Shown here one piece after another: positions 15,926-30,214 of a stretch of 64,000 nt of DNA (position 1 is its first letter; every line of letters begins with the position of its first letter). The translations under genes and the position numbers were made by a program. This DNA comes from Eledone cirrhosa (taxonomy: Eukaryota). The notes under the pieces were generated by a model. It was given only the letters and a program-made list of their open reading frames with translations. It did not search any database and had not been told where the DNA came from. The stretch spans positions 358,980,001-359,044,000 of the forward strand of contig OZ024742.1 in assembly GCA_964016885.1 (NCBI GenBank), written 5' to 3'.

Positions 15926-16831
15926 TACGATGTGAGTCAGAAATGTTCCAGGACTGATGTCACGTAAGATTTCTTTCAAACCCAAACTTTACACTAAGTG
16001 TTTTCTCCTTCAATGTAATCCCCCTGGAGTCTAATGCTCTTTTCCATCCTTTTTCTAACGCGCTTGCATGCACTCCTGGAAGAATTCTTCCTGGATCCTC
16101 CGCAGTTCCGTCGTCACCGCCTTTTTGATGTCGTCCACGTCTTTGAAACGGGTCCCTTCCGAGTCGTACCCAAAAATCCATGACTCATCACGGGTGATGA
16201 CTGTCCCTAGCAAGTCTGGTTCGGTTTCAAGACGCTCGAGGATGTCCTGGCACACTTGCATGCGTCGCCCCTTCTGGTCATCGTTCAGCAGTATTGGCAC
16301 CATCTTCGCGCAGACTTTCCGCATGTCCAAATCTTCAGTAAGAATCTTCCAGACGCTGTCCCGATTCATGCCCAGCTCATTTGCCATCAGTCGAACAGTC
16401 AGCCGACGAACGCTACGCACCATCTGCCTGACGCGCTCAACGTTCACATCAGTCCTGGTTGTTGAGGGTTTTCCGCTCCTGGGGGGGGGGGGGTCATCTT
16501 CCACGTCCTCGCGTCCTTCTTTAAACCTCTTGCAGCACTCAAAAACACGTGAGCGTGACATCGTCTCATATCCATACACTTGCTGCAGCAATCCCAGTGC
16601 TTCTGACGGAGTTTTCCAGTTTGTTCGTTTCTCTGTGTTCATTGCTTGACGACCTGAAACAGAAGACATGTATATAAAATTATGAAGAAAAAAGTTTAAT
16701 CGCTGCAGAGAGCTAAGATTACAGATACATAATCCAGGGGAATTACTTTGAAGGAGAAAACTCCTGGGTGAAGTTTGGGTTTGAAATAAATCTTTTGTGA
16801 CATCAGTCCTGGAACTTTTCTGACCCACCTC

Positions 16832-16834
<3 letters not shown>
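15926..16834 (-). mobile_element. Internally deleted mariner (Tc1/mariner) transposon with both ends, TA-flanked
   Basis: ORF 16055-16828 has mariner N-terminal motifs (RFKEGREDVEDD..RSGKP, KVCAKMVP, ITRDESW) fused to a C-terminal GTRF..D; the HDNA and YSPDL regions are missing. Inverted ends TACGA(G/T)GTG(G/A)GTCAGAAA. Confidence 0.92.
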
Positions 16835-16889
<55 letters not shown>

Positions 16890-17146
16890 ATTTAATATAG
16901 AAATGGCTTCTTCAGATCTAGAACTGTTTCATTCGAAGTAAATCATCAGGAAAGCCGATTGTCATTGTGATATGGTGGTATTTATACGTTTAATGGTGGT
17001 AGGGGAAGGTGATAATTGGGATTGGTGGAGGTCATTAGCCGAGGGATTTTAAGAAAGGGAAGGCTGATGGCTGGCAAATCTCACTATATCCATTTTCTCC
17101 AAATTTTCAGCAACCTTCATTTGCTCCACATTTAATCTTTGACACA

Positions 17147-17236
<90 letters not shown>

Positions 17237-17677
17237 CGCGCGCGCTTGTATGTATGTGTGGAGTCTGGACCCACAAAATTTCGAATCTAGTGTTTTAATC
17301 TGACAGCTGTCTCTACACCTACTTCTTTGGTTCATTAACGAGGATGTCGAACGAATGACAACCATTATTTCCTTTTTATATTATAAATATCATTATTACA
17401 CTAATTTCATTTGATTAATTTATTTACATAATTGTATAAATATTGAATTATTAATTATATACATTCCGAATATTTTTATTGCTCCTCATAATTCACCTTT
17501 GATGACAAAGAAATGTCATAAGCAATTGTTTTCTTTTCCCATCTTGTTTTATTTGAAGATAAATAATTTTATGTCGCCCATATAATACCAAGGAATTCTA
17601 CAATATTTTAAATCTATCTAACTAGAGGGCCTTTGCATGATTGGTTCATCTACTAAAATTTCCAACTATGTATCACA

Positions 17678-17803
17678 CGTGTCTCTCACCAACCTCCGGG
17701 GAAATGCCTTCTCTATTCTGACCGCCTGGGGCTATGGGGTGACCAGCGCGTGGACCCCCATTTGCTCATAATAGTGAGAGATTGGGAGAGCGGGTGAGAC
17801 GAG
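17678..17803 (+). mobile_element. Short CRE-like 3' fragment
   Basis: CCTCCGGGGAAATGCCTTCTCTATTCTG...CCCCCATTTGCTCATAATAGTGAGAG. Confidence 0.75.
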
Positions 17804-17865
17804 GTTCTTTTGTGTTCGGACCTTGCCTATATGTTTCCCGGAAACATACTCATGTATTTACACAT

Positions 17866-18115
17866 GAAGGCGCATGGTTTAGTGGTTAGAGAATTGTGCT
17901 TGCAATCGAAAGGTTGTGAGTTCAATTCTCGGACAGGGTGATGTGTTGTTTCCTTGAGCAAGACACTTTATTTCACGTTGCTCCAGTTTACTCAGCTGTA
18001 GAAATGAAATGATAGGACTGGGGTCCCTATCATTAAAAATCACTCAAGACAACTCCAACGAGATATACCTTGGAGGAGGCCAGCTAAACTTGCATAGGTG
18101 TGAGCTGTCACACAC
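17866..18115 (+). mobile_element. tRNA-derived CORE-like SINE (family B), full length
   Basis: A box TGGTTTAGTGG and B box GAGTTCAATTC; CORE-like CCTTGAGCAAGACACTT..CAGTTTACTCAGCTGTAGAAATG; (CA)n tail. Confidence 0.85.
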
Positions 18116-18549
18116 ACGCACACACATTTACACATAGCAACAATAATTACAATAGCAACTATAATAGCAAAAACATGTACCACACCAAGGAAAAATATAT
18201 GTATTAAGATGTGTTCTTATTAAAGAACATTTCTGAGAGAATATATCACCCAGCACACTGGAAAATTGATGGGTTATTCTGAGAAAAATCCCGCCGAGAT
18301 CAACTTTGCCTTTCGAAGTCGATAAAACACATTACTTATCAAACACTGATGTTCAATATAATCGCAGTTTCCCTTTCCTCATATTATTGCTACCCTTGTA
18401 CCTGAATCAGAAATAATGATCACATTTGTGATGAAATAAGATACTTAATGAAATACCTATAAACATCTGATCAAAAGAGTGAGTCGGTTTAAATGTTACA
18501 TACACTTAATGAGATTACAGACATAACAATCAATTAAATAGATGTAGAA

Positions 18550-18654
18550 GAAAATCAGCTGGGAGACGGTTGTTTCTGACAGGACCCGCTGGAAGAAGTG
18601 GTTGAGGTTTCTACCTTCACGACCCTCTCAAACATAATTGGGTGAAGAAGAAGA
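18550..18654 (+). mobile_element. RTE LINE extreme 3' fragment
   Basis: TTCTGACAGGACCCGCTGGAAG...GAAGAAGAAGA, homologous to 8965-9063. Confidence 0.7.
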
Positions 18655-18767
18655 TATAAGTATGTATAAACAATTAAGGAAGTTAAAAGAACATAGGAGT
18701 GCAATGAGTATATAGTTGGTAAAGTCTCTCAATATTTAACAAAAACCTTCCTGAAACAATAATATTA

Positions 18768-18955
18768 TTGTTGGATTGGCAGTATCGGTAGAGGGTCGGG
18801 CGCCATGCTTTGACGCATAGAGTTACGGCCCTTGCCATTCTGAGTTGAAATCCTGCCGAGGTTAACTTTGCCTTTCATCCTTATGGGGTTGATAAAATAA
18901 AGTACCAGTAATACACTGGGTGACTGCTGGCCTTGTGCCAAAAGTAGAAACAATT
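18768..18955 (+). mobile_element. SINE family A
   Basis: GGATTGGCAGTATCGGTAGAG..CTGAGTTGAAATCCTGCCGAGGTTAACTTTGCCTTTCATCC..AAGTACCAGT. Further partial copies at 10680-10890(-), 12405-12540(-), 18285-18330, 22683-22805 and 27195-27270(-). Confidence 0.85.
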
Positions 18956-20563
18956 ATTGTATAGAGTAGGAGGCAATAATACATATCTTGTTTAAAGGTT
19001 ATTTGAGAAATCCAGAAGCAAAAAATAAATTTGGTTATATCTGTGGAAATTGTACCCCAACATTTAGCATCGTTTTGATTTTCCTAAAATTCAGCAATCT
19101 CTTTTGAAAATACCATATATTTCTAACAACCCAAACCTATCAAGTGTGAATAACTGACCAAATACTATAGTTCAAGTGCCCCAAATTGTATTGATTCTAC
19201 CAGCACACATCACATTAAAATGGCCTACTTCTTGGTTAATGAGAAACTGATAGAGGTTTCACTCGGGGAAATTGCTTTACACACAATTTGTAACGTGAAA
19301 AGCTTTGTTTTAACTGATATAAAATTAGCTTCTTTGCATAAGAGCAACATTAAAATTCTGCTTGCTGCTTTATGTTATTAAGCGATACTTTAATCTTTAG
19401 AGTGAGACTCATGTACTGTTACATTTTATTGATGAAGTTAAATATTTTCTATCTCAATAAAAACTTCAGGGTTTTGTTAAATGTGTGATCACCTTATGAA
19501 TATTCAATTTCCAGCGTAGCTTGCTCCAATTTGCCCAGAGATTTTCGGAAATTAATGGCTATGTTTTTTTTTTCTAAACTGAAATGCGTAATGTTATATG
19601 GCTGAGAAAGAGAAATGATAAGAACCGAAACTGGTTCAGACTGAGAACATTTGTAGCCTCCCTTTACGACTGGTAAAACCTATCCCTTCTCATTAGAATA
19701 CAGAGGGATTAGATCAGTGTAATGGAAGCTAATGAAATATATATTACTTTTATCATAGCATTGCAAATTATTTCATCCCACATTTCTTACTTTGTATTCA
19801 AGTTGATCTTATCTGCTATATTTACCAGTCAATATTAGTATTTAAGTGTACCATATCCCCCCTCCCATCTATATATATTGTATGTTAATATGAGTTATGA
19901 AATTATATCCTAATATGTTTTATGTAGACGCATAGATGGATTTAAAACTTCATAGTGTTTATAACGTTTAAACCATTGATTTATAAACATTCACGATCAA
20001 AGTAAACTTCACAAGCATTCCCGGTGTACTTAGCAGATAAAACAACGGGAATATACTGAAAAGAAACGATATAAGGAAATTTCAGCGATAAATATTTTTC
20101 TTTTTTTAAATGTACTCAGTTTTATAATACTGAAATACACTTGAAAGATATTCTTTAAAGATATATATTTAAACATATGCAAATTGTATAATGATAATCT
20201 TACTCTCTATTTATTTTTCCCGAGAGATCACACAGATCTTTTCAGACAAACAAAAGATAGTTTCTTTATTGAATATATGTTCATTGGAGAATTAAACTTT
20301 GCACAAAGATGCATAATAACAATATATTTCTTCATCTCCTTCCCTTCTATAGCTAAACAAAATATCATAAAAGATATTTGACTTGGTATTGTTTGTTCTG
20401 TTTGTGATTTAGTTGAAGTTTATTTTGATAATAAAAGCTAGTTGAACTGATATGGTGCCAACTTGGATATAACTGGGCTTGCTAGTTTCTGTCCTTCCAA
20501 CAATTTAGCAATATGTAGTCACTGCTAAAATGTGATTACATTTCTTGATCTACAGTCTGCGTA

Positions 20564-21890
20564 TGTGCCGTGTGGTGCCGTGTGGTGCCGTGTGGTGCCG
20601 TGTGGTGCCGTGTGGTGTCGTGTAGTACCGTGTGGTGCCGTGTATGGCCGTGAGGTGCCGTGTGGTACCGTGTAGGGCCATGTGGTGCCGTGTGGTGCTG
20701 TATGGTGCCGTGTGGAGCCGTGAGGTGCCATCTGGTGCCGTGTGGTGCAGTGTAGGGCCGTGAGGTGCCGTGTGGTGCCGTGTAGTGCCGTATGGTGCCA
20801 TGTAGTGCCGTGTGGTGTCGTGTGGTGCCGTGTGGTGCCGTGAAGGGCCGTGACGTGCCGTGTGATGCAATGTAATGCCGTGTGGTACCGTGTAGGGCCG
20901 TGTGGTGCCGTGTGTTACCGTGTGGTGCAGTGTGGGGCCGTGTAGGCTGTCTGGTGCCGTGTGGTACCGTGTAGTGCCAAGTGGGCCATGTAGTGCCGTG
21001 TGGTGCCGTGTTGAGCCGTTTAGTGCCGTGTGGTGCCGTGTGGTACCGTGTATTGCCGTGTGGTGCCGTGTAGTGCCGTGAGGTGCCGTGTGGTACCGTG
21101 TGGAGCCGTGTAGTACCGTGTTGTGCCGTGTAATGCCGTGTGGTGGCGTGTAGTGCCGTATGATGCCTTGTAGTGCCGTGATGTGCCGTGTGGTGCCGTG
21201 TAGTGCCGTGTGGTGCCGTGTGGTACCGTGTAGTGCCATGTGGGGCCGTGTAGTGCCGTGAGGTACCGTGTGGTGCCGTGTGGAGCCGTTTAGTGCCGTG
21301 TGGTGCCGTGTGGTACCGTGTATTGCCGTGTGATGCCGTGTAGTGCCGTGTGGTGCCGTGTGGTGCCGTGTAGTGCCGTGATGTGCTGTGTAGTGCCATG
21401 TGGTGCCGTGTAGTACCGTGAGGTGCCGTGTAGTACCGTGAGGTGCCGTGTGGTGCCGTGTTGAGCCGTTTAGTGCCGTGTGGTGCCGTGTGGTACCGTG
21501 TATTGCCGTGTGGTGCCGTGTAGTGCCGTGAGGTGCCGTGTGGTACCGTGTGGAGCCGTGTAGTACTGTGTTGTGCCGTATAATGCCGTGTAGTGGCGTG
21601 TAGTGCCGTGTGATGCCTTGTAGTGCCGTGATGTGCCGTGTGGTGCCGTGTAGTGCCGTGTGGTGCCGTGTGGTACCGTGTAGTGCCATGTGGGGCCGTG
21701 TAGTGCCGTGAGGTGCCGTGTGGTGCTGCGTGGAGCCGTTTAGTGTCGTGTGGTGCCGTGTGGTACCGTGTAGTGCCGAGTGGGGCGTGTGCGGTCGTGT
21801 AGTGCCGTGTGGGGCCGTGTGGAGCCGTGTAGTTCCGTGTTGTGCCGTGTAGTGCCGTGTAGTGCCGTGTGGTGCCGTGTGGTGCCATGT
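20564..21890. repeat. 10-bp minisatellite (GTGTGGTGCC)n, about 130 units, with an internal 450-bp higher-order duplication
   Basis: Period 10 is visible directly. Variant markers TTGAGCCGTT (21011, 21461) and TGATGCCTTG (21161, 21611) recur at an offset of 450. Confidence 0.97.
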
Positions 21891-22022
21891 GTATCTGGAC
21901 AACATCAACACATTAGATAAATTCAGCAGCAACCACGTCTCTACAAATACTTAACATTAATCAGACCCAGATGTAGATTTTCAATAAATGAACTATTCTA
22001 TTAAACATCAATTTATGAATTA

Positions 22023-22385
<363 letters not shown>

Positions 22386-22856
22386 TATTACATCTTCTTT
22401 GGTATATGACCAGGGAAGTATTCAGAATAGTATTATTGTTTGGGGTTTGTTTTTTTTTTCTTTTTTTTTTACTTTATGTCAAATAGATTTTACAAACAAA
22501 ATTCATACAATGCTGGAAATATTAAACAAAAAGATAAAAACAAAATTAAATAACGAAAAAAAGAGGAAAGGGTAAACAAGGGCAGATACAAATATGGAAC
22601 GCTCCCCTATAATCTTCTCTGTATCGTTTCTAATGTTAGAGTAAGTACCCAAATACAATACTACGCCATTATTAGCAAAAAATGGCGGTGGATTGGCAGC
22701 ATCGGTAGAGAGTTGGACGCCATGCTTTGACGAATAGAGTTACAGCTCTTGCCATTCAGAGTTCAAATTACGCCGTGGTTAACCTTGCCTTTCATCCTTA
22801 CGGGATGTTCAGATTCACATACACTACCGATATAGGTACAAAACGTACCACGAATT

Positions 22857-23078
22857 GCCAATTCAATCGAAAGGTTGTGAATTCAATTCTCGGACCGGGT
22901 GATGTGTTGTTTCCTTGAGCAAGACACTTTATTTGATGTTGCTCCAGTTTACTCAGCTGTAGAAATGAGATGATAAGACTGGGGTCCCTATCATTAAATT
23001 ACCCAAGGCACCTCCAACGAGATATACCTTGGAGGAGGCCAGGTAAACCTGCATAGGTGTGAGCTGTCACACACACAA
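22857..23078 (+). mobile_element. SINE family B, 5'-truncated
   Basis: Homologous to 17900-18115. Confidence 0.85.
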
Positions 23079-23236
23079 TAGCATCAGGTAATTATATTTC
23101 ATTGAAACCATCTATTCAGTTACTTTGTATATCTAGAGTAGCTTTAGTTCCCTCGGTATTTTAAATGTCTTTTGATTTCCTCCTTTTCACTGCCACTTTT
23201 GTCAGCAGCAATAGGCCCCGACCCACTTCAACTCGG

Positions 23237-23289
<53 letters not shown>

Positions 23290-23320
23290 GTATATATATA
23301 TTTATATATATATATATATT

Positions 23321-23425
<105 letters not shown>

Positions 23426-23512
23426 TATATATATTTATATATATTTTTATATATATTTATGTATATATACATATATATATATTTATATATGTATGTAAGT
23501 ATATATGTATGT

Positions 23513-23544
<32 letters not shown>

Positions 23545-23819
23545 GAAATTATAAATGTAAGCTATCGCCGTATTTTGACTAAAGAAATTACAGAAATTTA
23601 TTTAGCCTGATAGTGGAGTTAAGAACCCTCGGATAAATGAAAAAAGATGAGTATTGACGTCAATACTCATCTTTTTCCATTTATTCGCTATAAATATTTG
23701 TTCTACGGTTCTTATATATTTGATATATATTTATCCTTATCGAGCCCTCTTTGGATTTTAGTCTTCAAATTTATTATTATTACTATATATATTTATATAT
23801 ATATTTATATATTTATTTA

Positions 23820-23868
<49 letters not shown>

Positions 23869-23904
23869 GTATGTAAGTATATATGTATGTATATATGTAT
23901 ATAG

Positions 23905-24513
23905 TGTCAGGTCACCAGTTGGTGTTACTGGTAACATGTATCCCAGTACAACCTGTCTCGTGGTCGGGACGTTGGCGACTAAACTGGCAACCCCACCAAG
24001 GTTTCTTGGTGAGGAGGGTGACTTTGGACATCCTGCAGGACTAAAAACAAAACCTGTCAAAGGGCAAAGGAGCTCTTAAGAGTCAATGACCATCCAAAAT
24101 CACCGGGAGAGATGACCCCTTAGCCTTTGTCAAGGCAGAATTCTAGGAGAAGGAAAACTCTGATATAACACCTGCAACCCTGATGGTATCCAATGATGTT
24201 GACTTGTTCTTCTTTTTGGTAAATATCATCTTGGTTAAGAGAGTGGGACTGGCTTTGTGCAGTGCCATTGCTCACTATAAAAGCTTCACGGCACAGGCAT
24301 TGCTTTATATCCGGAGATCTCTCTGCACTTGTCCTCACATGGTACCATGGGCCCAGCACTATGTGTCAATAATTGTCACAAGTGTAGTGTTTGTACCAGA
24401 GTTTTCAATGCGCTGGCTGGACTAAAAAGTCACACTCGTTCAGCGCATCGGTAGGCGTTCTCCTACATGGATATAAAGTAGTGGCCGTACTCGAAAACGA
24501 GTTGGCAGCCACC
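23905..24513 (+). mobile_element. Non-autonomous RTE-like element (5'-UTR-like part joined to a 3' end with C2H2 finger) in a TA array
   Basis: 3' part translates [24 protein letters not shown]. The 5' part has GAAGGAAAACTCTGA, which I recall from RTE 5' UTRs. Confidence 0.55.
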
Positions 24514-24552
24514 ATATATGTATATATATAAATATATATATATATATGTATG

Positions 24553-24583
<31 letters not shown>

Positions 24584-24586
24584 GTA

Positions 24587-24648
<62 letters not shown>

Positions 24649-24779
24649 TTTCATTCACCCCTCTCTTTCATTAACCCTCCCCCTCTACCACCATACAGAT
24701 CTTTCTATTTATTTTAGAAGGACCGCTATAAGAAAGGTAAATTAATTAAATTACTATTGTATTGACACGATCGTTTGAA

Positions 24780-26496
<1,717 letters not shown>

Positions 26497-26744
26497 AAAA
26501 TTGGACATAATCATTTTCATTATCGCCATCATTATCACAGCTTTTAAAATTGAATTGGTATCGACTTTCATAAATAAGTTTTTTTTATACTCCATAAACA
26601 AGGAATTGATTCTTAATAGATTTTGCTACAAACATTTCTTAATGTGACTTCTTAGAATTTAACTTTAACATTTTTTTTCTGAGTTGAATTGAAATTTCTC
26701 CCTGAAAGAAGATAACTCATTTGTATTGGCAGATATTATCATGA

Positions 26745-27122
26745 AAACGATAAATGTTTCTACTTTTGGCACAAGGCCATCAATGACCCAGTACATTACT
26801 GGTACTTTATTTTATCGACGCTGTAAGGATGAAAGGCAAAGTTAACCTCGGCGGGATTTGAACTCAGACTGCAAAGGGACGTAACTATGCTGGAAAGCAT
26901 GGCGTCCGACCCTCTACCGATACTGCCAATCCAGAAAGCGATAATTGTTTCTACTTTTGGCACAAGGCCAGCAATTATCCCAGTGCATTACTGGTACTTT
27001 ATTTTATCGACCCCGTAAGGATGAAAGGCAAAGTTAACCTTGACGGGATTGGAACTCAGACCGTAAAGGGACGTAACTATGCTGGAAAGCATGGCGTGCA
27101 ACCTTCTACCGATACTGCCAAA
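26745..27122 (-). mobile_element. Head-to-tail dimer (~191-bp period) of SINE family A (octopus-type tRNA-derived SINE)
   Basis: Two consecutive copies of TTTCTACTTTTGGCACAAGGCC..ACTGGTACTTTATTTTATCGAC..GGATGAAAGGCAAAGTTAACC..GAACTCAG..CTACCGATACTGCCA. Confidence 0.88.
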
Positions 27123-27674
27123 ATGATAATTATGAGCCGTCACATGTGTTAGATCACGTGTCAATAATATAACATTGTCACACGTACAGCAATATGGGGT
27201 AAATTGATCGATTACAACGATCCCTTTACTAAACTGGTACTCTATTTTATCGACCAGGGAACGCTGAGAGTTAAATTGACTCAATTTTATACCTTGAACT
27301 TGGTGCAGTAAACACTTGTGAATCTATTAGTTTTGTGTTTTGTATTTTGTAGTGAGACCTTTCGCAATAAAATGTCTGGAAAGAAAGTAGGCCTACGTCT
27401 TAAATATAAAGTGTTTCTTTATATTCTTCGCATTTTTACAACCATTTCAGAAGATAAAAACTTTCGGCAGAAAATTAAAAGAATAAAAAGTTACGTTTAT
27501 ACAATGTGTGTTGTGTATTGTAATGTTATATAGGTTGTCCAAAATATTTTGAAAACCTTGTAACCACGTATGAAAGTCAGTGTATCGCAAAACATAGGTT
27601 GAATGGTTGGAAGAGAATATAAAGAAAATTCTATTTAATTGTTGTCAATTTTTATTTTTAATGCTTAAATATTA

Positions 27675-27910
27675 TATTTTGTTGTCTATACATAAACATA
27701 TGTCAACTATATTTTACAGACAGAAGTTATACAATGATGGAAAGATTATATTTTGTTTTCTATATATAAACATCTTATGTCAACCCTATTTTACAGACAG
27801 AAGTTATACAATAATAGAAATATTTTGTTATCTGTTATACATAAATATATTATCTCAACTATATTTTACAGACAGGGTTATACAATGATGGAAATATTTT
27901 GTTATCTGTA
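27675..27910. repeat. ~77-bp tandem repeat, 3 copies
   Basis: TATTTTACAGACAG(A/G)(A/G)TTATACAAT recurs at about 27710, 27788 and 27863. Confidence 0.85.
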
Positions 27911-27959
27911 GAGAAAAGGAAGTTAAATGCCATAAATGTGAAGAAAAGTGGGGAAAGAA

Positions 27960-28265
27960 CAAGGACTATTAGGCTGTCCAAGAATTTGATGTGGGGTGAC
28001 AGACTATGTGGCTAGGTCGGGACGATATTTCGGCTGCACTCCTGGAGAAAACTGGAAAGGAATTTCCGTGGACGATGGCCAGCAACACCCGCTGCAACAA
28101 CCATCCAGCCTCGTGGAGCTCCTTCCTCAGATGGAGGGCTGACGTTCCGATTGTGCAGAGGAGTTTGGCTGTACGGGGTCCGAAGACACTTGAGGTCTCG
28201 ACGGTGATCGGTACAAAGAAAAAGCGTCTGGACATGTCCCGGTGTTTGCTTGTATTCCTGTCAAA
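27960..28265 (-). mobile_element. CRE-like 3' fragment, second subfamily
   Basis: KHRDM..FFFVPITVETSSVFGPRT..GWLLQRVLLAIVHGNSF. Confidence 0.82.
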
Positions 28266-28373
28266 TGCATTGCGGGCCATGTGAAGGCTGATTGCTTGCA
28301 ATTGAAAGGTTGTGAGTTCAATTCTTGGACCGGGTGATGTGTTGTTTCCTTGAGCAAGACACTTTATTTCACA

Positions 28374-29287
28374 CTAGCAGTAAAGCCCGGCGTTGCTCGG
28401 GGTCCCTCAGTAGCTGTGTTAAAGTTACAATGTTAAGTTTCTTTCTTGGCTTAAAAACTGTAGTGTCTACTGTGCAGACTTGCATGTGGTGTTTTTGATT
28501 AATATTCCCTCAACCAACAATATGCCTTATGAAGTTAAGAAAACATAACGATAACCCGAATGTTATAACAAAAGAGGATGCTGGGGATAGAAACTGCACT
28601 GGTTATTTATTAACAAAGATCGAAAATGTAAACACTGCAACGCAGAGAAAAACATTAGCGTAACCAAATTATCAGTTATGTCTGTCTGCACGCCTATATC
28701 ACCTCTCTGCACGAATGTCTGTCTGCACGCCTATATCACCTCTCTGCACGACTGTCTGTCTGCACGCCTATATCACCTCTCTGCACGACTGTCTGTCTGC
28801 ACGACTGTCTGTCTGCACGCCTAACGACGAAATATTTGCTTGTTTTACGTAGTCTTTAAATAGACTTGTTTTCAAGTAAAAATATTGTTTTAAAATGCTT
28901 TTAAATGGAAATGAAGCAAAACGGAAGCTTAGTGTTCGAACTGATGAATTTTGCAGGTCAATATTTTGCTGGCTCGACAACTGTCTGTTCGTGTATTGTG
29001 TTAATGTCATTTTAAACGCTGAGAAAGCCAGCGTAATTTTTTACGTAAGACGCTCAATGTAAACAGAACAAAGGGAAATAACTGATAACTTACGCTCAAA
29101 AATCGATACATTATATTCGATTTCGTCACATAGGGTGGGTCAATTTGAAATATTTTTTTCCGATGTCTTCGCTAGGGCTCAATGTACAAGTATAGCAATT
29201 TCGGTGCAATTCCGTGAGAGATTCTAAGAGGAGATGTGTGCCAAAAATCGATAGACAGACAGACAACCTCAGTTTTATATATATAGA
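28374..29287 (-). mobile_element. Complete non-autonomous Helitron (914 bp) inserted in a SINE
   Basis: The minus strand starts TC(TATATATAT) and ends CTAG, with hairpin CCCGAGCAACGCCGGG just upstream of the end. Inserted between A and T with no TSD. The flanks rejoin to TTTCACA|TTGCTCCAG, matching the intact SINE copy at ~17970. Confidence 0.9.
28678..28822. repeat. Internal 36-37-bp minisatellite (GTCTGTCTGCACGCCTATATCACCTCTCTGCACGA) of the Helitron
   Basis: Three tandem units plus shorter subunits are visible. Confidence 0.85.
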
Positions 29288-29609
29288 TTGCTCCAGTTTA
29301 CTCAGCTGTAGAAATGAGAAGATAGGACTGGGGTCCGTAGCATTAAATTACGCAAGACACCACCAACGAGATATACCTTGGAAGAGGCCATCTAAACCTG
29401 CATAGGTGTGAGCTGTCACAACAACACATTGCGGGCCGCATTATCGGTGTTTGTGGCTGAAGCGACTACGTTGGAGTCTGAGAATGTTTCCCAGAATGTT
29501 CTAAATTACCTGACGGTTAAATAATACCGTGTGGGATTATAATTAGGAATGATAATATAAAATATGTATGGTCTCGTAATTTCTGGTGGAGTCATAGAGA
29601 CTCACTATT

Positions 29610-29902
29610 AATATACGGCGTTTCTAGAGCAATCTTTTAAACCTGGCGGAAGCCAATCCTCTCCATGTCTGAATACAGTAGATTTCTTACAGTGACGGAT
29701 AGACAGAGTGAAAGAATTGAAGTGAGAAAGAGATATAGAGTAAGAATTGATCCCAGTACTAGACTGGTACTTTTTTGTCGACCTTGAATGGATGAAAGGC
29801 AAATTGACCCCGGCGGGATTTGAACTCACGGAGCAGAATGCCGATATGAATACTCCAAATCATTCTATCCCACGTTCTAACGACTCTGCCAATTCACCGC
29901 TA
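29610..29902 (-). mobile_element. SINE family A with extended tail
   Basis: SINE head and B box plus a tail homologous to 1-180 and 32416-32610. Confidence 0.8.
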
Positions 29903-30214
29903 AATATAAAATATACATATCACAAAAAAAGCGAAAAATAAAACGAATACATTTCATTGGAAGGTAATTTAAAAGTACTAACGGATGTTGTTAACAGGCG
30001 GCGAATTGGCAGAGTCGTTAGACTGTCGGATAGATGCTTTGTGATATTCGTTCCGGCTGCCTGCTCCCCGAGTTTAAACCCCGCCAAGGTTAACTTTGCC
30101 TTTCATTCTTTCGAGGTCGACATAAAGAGTACCAGGCTAGTACTGGGGTAGATTCTTCCTCTATATCTCTTTCTCATTTCCTCTCTCTCACTCTATCTCT
30201 CCATATATATATAT

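Larger units (their letters stand above)
28280..29422 (+). mobile_element. SINE family B split by the Helitron (28280-28373 and 29288-29422)
   Basis: The two halves join to the consensus of the 17866 copy. Confidence 0.85.

Noticed and set aside
16068-16649. 193-aa + strand ORF
   Set aside because: Antisense shadow of the mariner transposase frame.
17866-17945. tRNA gene
   Set aside because: A and B boxes are present, but the sequence continues into a CORE-like SINE body found in four copies; there is no full cloverleaf.
20536-21932. 450- and 460-aa His/Thr-rich ORFs (HTAPHGTTRH repeats) as a structural or metal-binding protein
   Set aside because: The 10-bp unit has no stop in any minus-strand frame, two frames are equally open, and the period is not a multiple of 3. 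The ORFs are by-products of the minisatellite.
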